NCBI GenBank assembly: GCA_038893995.1
Contig: JAWAQK010000004.1
Coordinates: 1 to 64,000, forward strand
DNA: 64,000 nt
Reading direction: 5' to 3'
Source of the DNA: Candidatus Thorarchaeota archaeon
GTDB taxonomy: Archaea > Asgardarchaeota > Thorarchaeia > Thorarchaeales > Thorarchaeaceae
Of the stretch, positions 37,277 through 45,892 are shown one piece after another. The notes under the pieces were generated by a model that was given only the letters and a program-made list of their open reading frames with translations, searched no databases and had not been told where the DNA came from. Each line of letters starts with the position of its first letter. The first letter of the stretch is position 1. The translations under genes and the position numbers were made by a program.

Positions 37277-38212
37277 TTGACGACCTTTGAGATAGGCCCC
37301 ACAGACTTCTGCAAGGACCGTGTCATCGACGGAAAGGCCCTCTCAGAAGCTATCCGTCAAGAGATAGAGAGGGAGGTGCATCATCTGACCGAGGAGCACG
37401 GAATCCCTCCGAAACTTGCGACGGTCCTAGTCGGTGATGACCCAGGGTCCAAGATGTATGTCCGCATGAAACACAAGGCCTGTCAGAAGGTGGGCATACT
37501 CTCCGCCAACTACGACCTTCCGGGAAACACCACGCAGGATGAGCTGCTGGAGCTGGTTCGGCGACTCAATAACGATCCCACCGTTCATGGCATCCTCGTT
37601 CAGCTGCCTCTTCCGCGACATATCAATGAGGAAACGATCCTGAGTGAGATCGACCCGTTGAAGGATGTTGACGGTTTCTCGCCAAGAAACATCTATCGAC
37701 TCTTCAACGGGGCTGAGATGCTCAGTGCAGCTACTCCTCAGGGAATTGCAGTCATGCTCGACCATCTTGGCATCGAGTTGGAGGGGAAGCATGCCGTAAT
37801 CGTCAACAGGTCGAACATAGTGGGTAAACCCCTCATATTCCTGCTGCTCAACCGGAACATGACTGTGACTATCTGTCACTCCCGCACGAAAGACCTTGCA
37901 CAACATACCCGGAATGCCGATGTGCTAGTCACGGCCATAGGCCGGAGGAAGTCGGCTGAGGACCCGTTCTTCATCACTGCAGACATGGTCAAGGAGGGGG
38001 CCGTTGTCATCGACGTTGCCACTCCTTATGGGGACTGCGACTTTGAGTCGCTGAAGTGCAAGGTGTCCTATATAACGCCAGTACCCGGCGGCGTCGGTCC
38101 GATGACGATCACAATGTTGCTCAAGAACGTACTGGCGTCCTACTCGTTCCAACAGGCTCAGACAAACGTCCTCAGCGCCGATGCTCTCGACTACGGGGCC
38201 TATATCTCATGA
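37277..38212 (+). CDS. folD: Methylenetetrahydrofolate dehydrogenase/cyclohydrolase
   Basis: IDGK, YVRMK (YxxxK), HGILVQLPLP, KDVDG, RSNIVGKP, ITPVPGGVGPMT. Confidence 0.96.
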   Translation: MTTFEIGPTDFCKDRVIDGKALSEAIRQEIEREVHHLTEEHGIPPKLATVLVGDDPGSKMYVRMKHKACQKVGILSANYDLPGNTTQDELLELVRRLNNDPTVHGILVQLPLPRHINEETILSEIDPLKDVDGFSPRNIYRLFNGAEMLSAATPQGIAVMLDHLGIELEGKHAVIVNRSNIVGKPLIFLLLNRNMTVTICHSRTKDLAQHTRNADVLVTAIGRRKSAEDPFFITADMVKEGAVVIDVATPYGDCDFESLKCKVSYITPVPGGVGPMTITMLLKNVLASYSFQQAQTNVLSADALDYGAYIS

Positions 38213-38262
38213 CCACAACCCCAAATCCTTTTGAGTCATAGTCGTTGCATCGCGCCCAGTGA

Positions 38263-39831
38263 GTGCCCTTGAAGATAGTCGAGTGCGTTCCCAATTTCTC
38301 AGAGGGACGGAGAAAGGATGTGATTGACGCCATTGCTGACGCAATAAGAGGCGTTGAGGGAGTCAGGCTGCTTGATGTTGAGTCTGACTACGATCACAAT
38401 CGCTCTGTCTTCACATTCATAGGAGAGCCTGAGAAGGTCAAGCTGGCCGCCCTCAGGGCTGCAGAAGTTGCTGTCGAGAAGATCGACCTGAACCATCACA
38501 GGGGGGCCCATCCTCGGATGGGTGCTGTGGACGTCGTCCCGTTTGTCCCCCTTCACGGCGTCACCATAGGTGAGTGCATCGAGCTGTCGAGACAATTTGC
38601 TCAGGAATTCTCGTCCAAGTGCAACGTTCCCGTATACCTCTATGCCAAGTCGGCCACTCGACCCGAGCGCAGGGAGTTGCCAAATATTCGTGAGGGCGAG
38701 TTCGAGGGACTTCGGGAACTCATTGGCACTGATCCTAGCAAGGACCCTGACTATGGACCCAAGAGGATACATCCCACAGCTGGGTGCACTGCCACCGGTG
38801 CTCGCAACTTCCTAATAGCGTTCAATTGCAACCTCAACACCAGAGATGTGAGAGTCGCAAAGGCATGCGCCGATGCTGTCCGGAGCACTACTGGCGGATT
38901 CGTGAATGTCCAGGGAATTGGACTCGACTTGCCCGAGAAGAACATGGTACAGGTATCGATGAATCTGACCCATCCAAGGATGACCAAGATACATCAGGTA
39001 CTGGAGGCCGTGAGGACTGAGGCAAGGAGATTTGGGGCCACCGTCGTAGAAACTGAGATTGTTGGCATGATTCCCCTATTTGCTGTGCTAGATGTGTTCA
39101 GGTACTACGTTCAGCCTGCCAAGTTCGACGAGTCAATGATACTCGACCTGCACTACCTTGGAAACGGTACATCAGTCGGAAAGAAGGGCTTTACCGATAT
39201 GTCGCTCATAGAATTCGGTGACGAGGTCCGCAGGGCAAGGGCGACACCTGGAGGAGGTAGTGTGTCTGCGGTCATGGGCTCTTATGGTGCAGGACTTGTC
39301 TGCATGGTGACGGGTCTCTCTCTCACAGGCCGCAAGTTCGCAGCAATCAAGGAAGAGATGCTGGAGCTCCGTCACTCGGTAGAGAATGACCGAGGTGTGC
39401 TCATGGGACTCGTGGAGCGCGACTCTGAGGCCTTCGACCAGGTAATGAACGCATACAGACTCCCAGATGACACACCCGAGCAGAGGGCAGAGAAGGAGGC
39501 AAAGATCCAGGAGACAACCATTCATGCGGCTGAGGTACCACTGGAAACAATGCGTCATTCACTCAATGCGCTCCGTGGAGCCCGCATAGCTGCAGAGAAG
39601 GGCAATATCAATGCCATAACCGATGCGGGTGTGGCTGCACATGCACTCGTGGCTGCAATCGAGGGGGCCGCTCTGAATGTCCGCGTGAATCTTGCAAACA
39701 TCAGAGATACTGAGCTGAGGAGCCGGATGAGTGCAGAAGTCGAGGACATCATTGCAGAGGCTCGAGGCATAAAGGACGAGACCATTGCGATCGTGGAGAG
39801 AAGGATGAGAGAGCTGGCCGAGAATAAGTGA
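38263..39831 (+). CDS. ftcd: Bifunctional glutamate formimidoyltransferase / formimidoyl-THF cyclodeaminase
   Basis: VECVPNFSEGR, DHNRSV, HPRMGA.DV.PF, QVSMN, and a C-terminal cyclodeaminase domain with TPGGGS and A.LNV..NL. Confidence 0.95.
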   Translation: MPLKIVECVPNFSEGRRKDVIDAIADAIRGVEGVRLLDVESDYDHNRSVFTFIGEPEKVKLAALRAAEVAVEKIDLNHHRGAHPRMGAVDVVPFVPLHGVTIGECIELSRQFAQEFSSKCNVPVYLYAKSATRPERRELPNIREGEFEGLRELIGTDPSKDPDYGPKRIHPTAGCTATGARNFLIAFNCNLNTRDVRVAKACADAVRSTTGGFVNVQGIGLDLPEKNMVQVSMNLTHPRMTKIHQVLEAVRTEARRFGATVVETEIVGMIPLFAVLDVFRYYVQPAKFDESMILDLHYLGNGTSVGKKGFTDMSLIEFGDEVRRARATPGGGSVSAVMGSYGAGLVCMVTGLSLTGRKFAAIKEEMLELRHSVENDRGVLMGLVERDSEAFDQVMNAYRLPDDTPEQRAEKEAKIQETTIHAAEVPLETMRHSLNALRGARIAAEKGNINAITDAGVAAHALVAAIEGAALNVRVNLANIRDTELRSRMSAEVEDIIAEARGIKDETIAIVERRMRELAENK

Positions 39832-39956
39832 TCATCATGAACACGACGTCAGTGAGTGCAGGCCCACGAGTATGGACCGTGTAGCCTGTGTACATGTTGT
39901 GATAGGCACGGTCTGGTAGCAGGTCGGTTCACGCACTAAGACATATAACCCCTCAG

Positions 39957-40751
39957 ATGGGTCTTAGCCCAGTTCAGATGATCGAGGCCGTCTCACTCAC
40001 CAAGAAGTTCAACGAGTTTGTTGCCGTCAACAACCTGTCCTTTTCAGTCAACAGCGGCGAGATATACGGCCTGCTTGGGCCAAATGGCTCGGGTAAGTCA
40101 ACCACCATGCGTATGCTCCTAGGGCTGTTGAGACCCACTGCCGGAACTGCAAGGATCTCGGGGTTTGACATCCGGACTCAGACTGTTGATGCTAAGAGAC
40201 TCATCGGCTATGTCCCCGAAGAACCCGTTCTGCCAGAACGTCTCACGGGGTGGGAGTACGTCAACTATGTTGCGGATATCTGGCGAGTGCCCCGCGGTAC
40301 CGAGCGTGAGGAAGAGATCGAGCGTCTGCTCAAACTGCTAGATCTGACAGACGCCAGCGATGACCTCATCGAGACATATTCGAAGGGAATGTCACGGAAG
40401 ATAGGGCTGATTGCTGCGCTGATACATAGGCCACGCGTATTGATCCTTGACGAGATACAGGCAGGAATCGACCCTCGGGGCGCTGCCACAATAAAAGAGA
40501 TACTACTCGGCCTCAAGGCACACGGAGCAACCATTCTGATGTCGACCCATATACTCGAGATAGCCGAAAGGATGTGTGACAGAGTGGGAATCATCATGAA
40601 GGGCTCGATGGTTGCAGAGGGTACTATGGCTGAACTCCGAAAGCAGGCAAGGGGAGAAACATCCCTTGAGGAGATATTCCTGAGTCTGACGGGAGGTCCT
40701 GATGTCCAGCTGATTGCAGAGTATCTCAGTAGGAGTGGCGAGAGCAATTGA
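39957..40751 (+). CDS. ABC-2 exporter ATP-binding protein
   Basis: GPNGSGKST, YSKGM signature, LILDE, STH. Confidence 0.93.
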   Translation: MGLSPVQMIEAVSLTKKFNEFVAVNNLSFSVNSGEIYGLLGPNGSGKSTTMRMLLGLLRPTAGTARISGFDIRTQTVDAKRLIGYVPEEPVLPERLTGWEYVNYVADIWRVPRGTEREEEIERLLKLLDLTDASDDLIETYSKGMSRKIGLIAALIHRPRVLILDEIQAGIDPRGAATIKEILLGLKAHGATILMSTHILEIAERMCDRVGIIMKGSMVAEGTMAELRKQARGETSLEEIFLSLTGGPDVQLIAEYLSRSGESN

Positions 40752-42463
40752 ACTTCCGCGACATCATTTTCCTCCTGAAGATTGACATCAGGGAGAACTT
40801 CAGGCTCACAGGGACAGGCGGGAAGAGGTCGAAGGAGCCGTCTTACGGTCGATTGTTCTCGGTGCTCCTACCGTTTCTAGTCGCGGGGACCATCCTTTAC
40901 ATTACCGTTGAGCTCGGAACACTCTTCGGCTGGCCAACGATCAGTCAAGTGCTTCGGGAGAACATTGCAGCTGGAAGCGTCCTGTTCAACGCAGTACTCA
41001 TCTTCTCACTCGTGGGATCGATCGCTTTCTCTGCTTCGAGTGTTGCTAACAGCAGAAAGGTAGAATACCTGTTGATCATGCCGTTTCGCATCCGCACTAT
41101 CTTCATGGAGAAGCTGTTACTATTCGTCCTCTACGGTTCAGCTATCTGGCTAGTCGGAGGAACACCCATCTTCCTGGCCCTGAGCATGCTGTCTGGACAG
41201 GCGATCTCGTATCTCTCTGCGGTGGCGTTCATAGTACTTGTAGTCTGCACAGTGTCCATCGGCAGCTCCCTTGGTGGTATGGTCGGTCTTGCAGTCTCGA
41301 AGTTTCTCGCTGGTCGGAGGAGGCTCAAACAGGCAGGATATTTCATTGCAACCTCTGCCGCAATTGTCCTCAGTACGCTGTGGTACTACTCAATCTACTT
41401 TGACGACCAGGGACCGACATTCTTCACCTTGTTGATCGACTTGGCCAACAGTCTGGGTTTCTCGTCCACATATTCCCCGGGACATGTGGTCAGTACGATC
41501 TCCCTGGGCCTCCTGGTGGGAGTACTGCCCGGACCGTACGGAATGATCTCTGGCACAGTGCTCGTCATCGCGGGTACTGGGCTGCCCTACGTGAATGCAG
41601 TCTTGAGCGAGTCCGCCCACTACAGTGGGTGGTTGTCGGTTGGTTCAGTGCGTGGTTCCAAGAGAACGGGCCCGGTCGCCAGGCATAGATGGTCTCCAAG
41701 GATTCCGTTTCCCGTGCAACTGAACCCTACTGTCAGCGTTTCTGTCTGGTACAACCTCACTAACATACGGCGTGAGGGTAGGATACTTGCCACCTATCTC
41801 CTGGGACCGTTGAGGATCCTGATCTTCTTGTTCATCCCTGTACTGGCCTCTCGGCCTAATGGCGTCCTCTCTCTGATCCTCCCATTAGTTGTCGCATCTG
41901 CGATGATTCCTGTTGCCAGTTCTTACGGGATGTTCTTCGCTGGTTTCGAGACGGTATACGAGGGAAAGAACCTGATGAACCTACAGCTCGCAGCCACGAA
42001 CCTCCAGGACTATGTCAAGGGAAAGGTCTATAGCGCACTTCCATTCTCGCTGGTAGCTTCCGTGATTGTCTCCATCCTATTGGTCACTGTGTCTCCAGCA
42101 TGGTGGATATTCGCCCTGATACTGCCGTTTCTGACTATATCCACCACAATGGTGGCAGGAAGCGTATCAGCAAACGCAGCTGCAAGGAGTGGCAACTTCA
42201 AGGCAGGACGGATGCTCACGCAACAGAGGGGCTCGGCAGTGAGGTATCCAATTGGGCTGTTTGCCACCTTGTCCGCATACGCGATCAACTACGGAATTGG
42301 AATCCTCATCATGGCTGTGGCCGCAGTTGCCATCCTGACCCATCCTCTTCTGGGTTTCGTAGTCCCTCTTATCTACCATCTGGTGTGCGTGCTGTTGACC
42401 AGACACTATACGCTGGCTGCAGGACGCAGACTCGCAGAGAGAGAGGTGACAGACTACCTGTGA
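40748..42463 (+). CDS. ABC-2 exporter permease
   Basis: 571 aa with many TMs, LLIMP.....I...K motif, 4-bp overlap with the ATPase gene. Confidence 0.82.
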   Translation: MNFRDIIFLLKIDIRENFRLTGTGGKRSKEPSYGRLFSVLLPFLVAGTILYITVELGTLFGWPTISQVLRENIAAGSVLFNAVLIFSLVGSIAFSASSVANSRKVEYLLIMPFRIRTIFMEKLLLFVLYGSAIWLVGGTPIFLALSMLSGQAISYLSAVAFIVLVVCTVSIGSSLGGMVGLAVSKFLAGRRRLKQAGYFIATSAAIVLSTLWYYSIYFDDQGPTFFTLLIDLANSLGFSSTYSPGHVVSTISLGLLVGVLPGPYGMISGTVLVIAGTGLPYVNAVLSESAHYSGWLSVGSVRGSKRTGPVARHRWSPRIPFPVQLNPTVSVSVWYNLTNIRREGRILATYLLGPLRILIFLFIPVLASRPNGVLSLILPLVVASAMIPVASSYGMFFAGFETVYEGKNLMNLQLAATNLQDYVKGKVYSALPFSLVASVIVSILLVTVSPAWWIFALILPFLTISTTMVAGSVSANAAARSGNFKAGRMLTQQRGSAVRYPIGLFATLSAYAINYGIGILIMAVAAVAILTHPLLGFVVPLIYHLVCVLLTRHYTLAAGRRLAEREVTDYL

Positions 42464-42467
42464 CATC

Positions 42468-43193
42468 CTATCCGAGAGTCCTTCCTATGACCCTGCCCGG
42501 GGGCACCAGTATGTCTGTGTCAAAGTACAGACCGATCATCGTGCTCTCCACGTGGATCATAGACATGTCGTCGTCTGGGCATCCCTGAATGGTGACCTGC
42601 ACATCTCCCGAGCGACCACTCTTGATCCTGTACTCAAGATCAGCAATTGTGATGACGTCTATGTCATTCCCCTCTCCGGTCACGGATGGCATGATCTTGA
42701 CATTGACTGCCGGTCCGCTGTCTATCCACTCGCCGCTGTCAGTAAAGGTGCACGTAGCACTCATGATGACAGCATCATTCCTGATGGTCCTCGCGCGGAG
42801 GGTGTCTCCATCCCATTCCATCTCGGTCCTTGCCATCTTTCTCGGAAATCCCCATATCTCCCGCCCTGCAGCAAGTGCAACATCGGAATCGACATAGTCT
42901 CTACAGAAGTGCACGCCGACTCTTTCCTCGTCACTCTCCGGGTCCTTGAACAGGCACTGAGCAAGAACAGAAGACTCCCTGAAAGTACCAGTCTCCCTAC
43001 AGGGCTGCTCGGCAAACAGGAGTGCCATGAGATTCATGTCAGACGGACGAAGAGGAGGCGGAAGGACACTCCTCAGGGACTCCTCTGGGGCGTAGAACAG
43101 AGCCAGGAACAGCCGTGCATTGTCATAGTGATATGGCGGCATGGGATACAGTGGGCTCGACAGGGGGATCACTCGCTCCCTCAACTTGGTCAC
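42468..43193 (-). CDS. Acetoacetate decarboxylase-like superfamily protein
   Basis: PPY, VLPPPL, E, A.AAGREIWGFPRK motif. Arg occupies the position of the Schiff-base Lys. Confidence 0.85.
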   Translation of the reverse strand: MTKLRERVIPLSSPLYPMPPYHYDNARLFLALFYAPEESLRSVLPPPLRPSDMNLMALLFAEQPCRETGTFRESSVLAQCLFKDPESDEERVGVHFCRDYVDSDVALAAGREIWGFPRKMARTEMEWDGDTLRARTIRNDAVIMSATCTFTDSGEWIDSGPAVNVKIMPSVTGEGNDIDVITIADLEYRIKSGRSGDVQVTIQGCPDDDMSMIHVESTMIGLYFDTDILVPPGRVIGRTLG

Positions 43194-43270
43194 CTTCGTC
43201 TCTGGTCTCGCGAGTGACTATTGAATCTTGTCACCACTTGCCCCACTAGGGTCCTCGATCGACTGTCCCC

Positions 43271-44152
43271 TCACAACGAGATCTTCTTGAATATCGCCGG
43301 CCACACAAATCCTCCGACCAATGCCACCACCGAGTATCGCAGTACTCGGAGCCAAGCGTATGTGATTGGATCCGTGCTGGATATGAGCGCTGCAAGGCCG
43401 AACATCACTGCGAACACAATGACCAGTCCCACAACAGCTCTCACGATCCGTCTTGGTGTTGTCACATCGGTGCTGAATCCCACGTATCTCTTCTCGAGAG
43501 GCAATGCCACTGCAACTCCCATCATGAGACCGCCGAGGGCCCCAAAATTGTCGCTAGGAGGCAGTGGGACAACGTGAGTGGCAACGACCATCATGACGAG
43601 TCCAACGATGAAGAGAATGGTATAGAGGTGTTCGGTCTTGTATCTGGACAGGGTTTCTTCCAGGGGTTTCTCCAGATACACGAGCAGGATGACTGTCAAC
43701 AGTCCTATGGCCCACCCGGAGATCACGTCACCGACATAATGGACTCCTAGGTAGACTCTCGAGAGCCCTATCAGCGTAACTAGCACCACAGACGACAGGA
43801 TCATCCACCACGTTCGCACCTTGAGGGAGAACCAACCAAAGAGGGTCATCGAGTTCTGTGCATGGCCGCTGGGTGTGCTATACCCCTCGGCCATCTGATA
43901 ACCCGGATAGAGAACTCCCTCCGGCCTGGGATTGGCAATTGCCAGTTTCAGCCAGTAGTTTGATACAACCGACACTAGAAGGACGAATATGGTGAGTATC
44001 GACTCCCTCTTCCTGAATGACCAGTAGCCAACTAGCAGGAGGGCAATGTAGAACATCTCAGAGCCAAGCTCCGTGATGACCTTGAAGAACTCGCCAGCTC
44101 CCGGCAGTATGTCGCGAAGGATATTGGTCAAGTTCGGATCGAACAGGAACAT
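43271..44152 (-). CDS. PAP2-family membrane phosphatase
   Basis: K-x6-RP (KLAIANPRP), PSGH, SRVYLGVHYVGD. Likely start MFLFDP at 44152. Confidence 0.92.
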   Translation of the reverse strand: MFLFDPNLTNILRDILPGAGEFFKVITELGSEMFYIALLLVGYWSFRKRESILTIFVLLVSVVSNYWLKLAIANPRPEGVLYPGYQMAEGYSTPSGHAQNSMTLFGWFSLKVRTWWMILSSVVLVTLIGLSRVYLGVHYVGDVISGWAIGLLTVILLVYLEKPLEETLSRYKTEHLYTILFIVGLVMMVVATHVVPLPPSDNFGALGGLMMGVAVALPLEKRYVGFSTDVTTPRRIVRAVVGLVIVFAVMFGLAALISSTDPITYAWLRVLRYSVVALVGGFVWPAIFKKISL

Positions 44153-44354
44153 GTCACATCCCCACAACAGATTCGTTGAACCAGTGCGAAGGCCTGTATA
44201 AAAGGCATCTGCTACGTTCTGGAACGATCGGGACTGGGGGGTAAATGGAGCAGGTCTACATTCCTGTGGTGTAGGGGAGATCGGGAGATCCCATGTGAGC
44301 CACTCAGAAAGTCTTATAGAGTACGTGCCGTGAGCTGCCGATCGGGGATGGTAT

Positions 44355-45872
44355 CTGGTACTGGAGAGTCTGGAACCGAGGGTGGTCTGGGAGATCTTTG
44401 AGAAGCTGATGACGTCCACTCCAAGATGCTCGAAGCATGAATCGAGGGTCCGCAGTCAGATCGTAGAGTGGGTGAAGAGGCAGGCGTCAAGGAAACATCT
44501 GGACGTCAAGATCTACCAAGATGAGACTGGCAATCTGCTGATCAGGGTGCCGCCGACACCCGGGATGGAGTCCTGTAGGACACTGATACTCCAGGCTCAC
44601 CTCGACATGGTCTGCGAGACTAATAGGCCTGGTGGATTCGACTTCGAGAAATCTCCCATCCCAGTCACGCTGTCAAGTGATGGTGAGTGGGTGACCGCCA
44701 ACGGGACCACTCTGGGAGCTGACAACGGAATCGGCGTGGCGCTTGCACTTGCACTGATAGCAGACGATTCTGAGAACATCGCTCGTGGACCACTTGAGAT
44801 ACTCCTGACGGTGGACGAGGAGACTGGGCTTACAGGCGCCTTTGGAGTTGACCCGAAGGCACTGAACATGACCGGTCTGATAATGATCAATCTCGATACC
44901 GAGACCTTTGGTTCAATAACGATTGGCTCTGCGGGAGGCGGCGACATCAGGTTGACACGAGCGTCTGGAACTGAGAACGTCGGCAAGCCGCTGGAGTTCA
45001 TCAGACTCAGAGTTGCCGGGCTGCAGGGAGGTCACTCTGGTGTCGACATACACGAGCCACGCGCAAACGCCATCAAGATAGTCGCTAGACTACTCTCCTC
45101 TGTGAGGCTGGCAGAGAACCTATACCTATGCTGCTGGAATGGGGGTACAAAACATAATGCCATCCCCAGGGAATCTGAGGCAGTCTTTGCCGTCTCACCT
45201 GACTCTGTGGCAGATGTCCTTGACATCCTGACAAGAGAGCGTAAGGCGATCCTAGATTACTACAGGAACAGCGAGCAGGGTGCGTTGGTACTTGAGCCAG
45301 GGATGGAGATTACCTGGGAGAAGACCCGGGCCAGGTCCTGCTACTCGATCGATGAGTCGTCAAAGATAGTCAACACCCTAAATGCTCTGCCTCACGGATA
45401 TCGTAACTTCTCGCCTGATGTTCCAGGCCTTGTCGAGACCTCCTGCAACGTTGCGACCATCAACACCGAGAAGGATCGAATGACCGTGCTCATATCCGTA
45501 CGTAGTAGCATTGATTCAGAGCTGGAGGCCTTCCGCAGGTCGATCAGTGATATCGGTCGCCTGGGTGGCTGGCAGGTATCACTTGGTAATGCGTATCCCG
45601 GCTGGAAACCTCAGCCCAACAGTCCTTTCCTGCAGTTTGTGAAGGAACACTATGAACGACTGACTGGCGGCCAGGTCAAGATCGAAGCGGTCCATGCAGG
45701 TCTCGAGTGCGGTATCATTGGCAGTCACATTCAGGGGATTCAGATGGTCTCAATCGGTCCAACTGTGAGAGGCGCCCATACTCCGGACGAGCGTCTCAGG
45801 ATCTCCGATGTCGGAGCGATGTATTCATTGCTCAAGGACATACTGCGGGACCTGATCCACTTCACTGGCTGA
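44355..45872 (+). CDS. pepD: Aminoacyl-histidine (Xaa-His) dipeptidase, peptidase M20C
   Basis: QAHLDMV, GTTLGADNG, DEETG, NLDTE, GGHSG, HAGLECG, H.PDE. The conserved N-terminus 'LESLEP' lies upstream of GTG 44382, implying a CTG start at 44355. Confidence 0.93.
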   Translation: MVLESLEPRVVWEIFEKLMTSTPRCSKHESRVRSQIVEWVKRQASRKHLDVKIYQDETGNLLIRVPPTPGMESCRTLILQAHLDMVCETNRPGGFDFEKSPIPVTLSSDGEWVTANGTTLGADNGIGVALALALIADDSENIARGPLEILLTVDEETGLTGAFGVDPKALNMTGLIMINLDTETFGSITIGSAGGGDIRLTRASGTENVGKPLEFIRLRVAGLQGGHSGVDIHEPRANAIKIVARLLSSVRLAENLYLCCWNGGTKHNAIPRESEAVFAVSPDSVADVLDILTRERKAILDYYRNSEQGALVLEPGMEITWEKTRARSCYSIDESSKIVNTLNALPHGYRNFSPDVPGLVETSCNVATINTEKDRMTVLISVRSSIDSELEAFRRSISDIGRLGGWQVSLGNAYPGWKPQPNSPFLQFVKEHYERLTGGQVKIEAVHAGLECGIIGSHIQGIQMVSIGPTVRGAHTPDERLRISDVGAMYSLLKDILRDLIHFTG

Positions 45873-45892
45873 CGAATTGCTGATGACACCAG

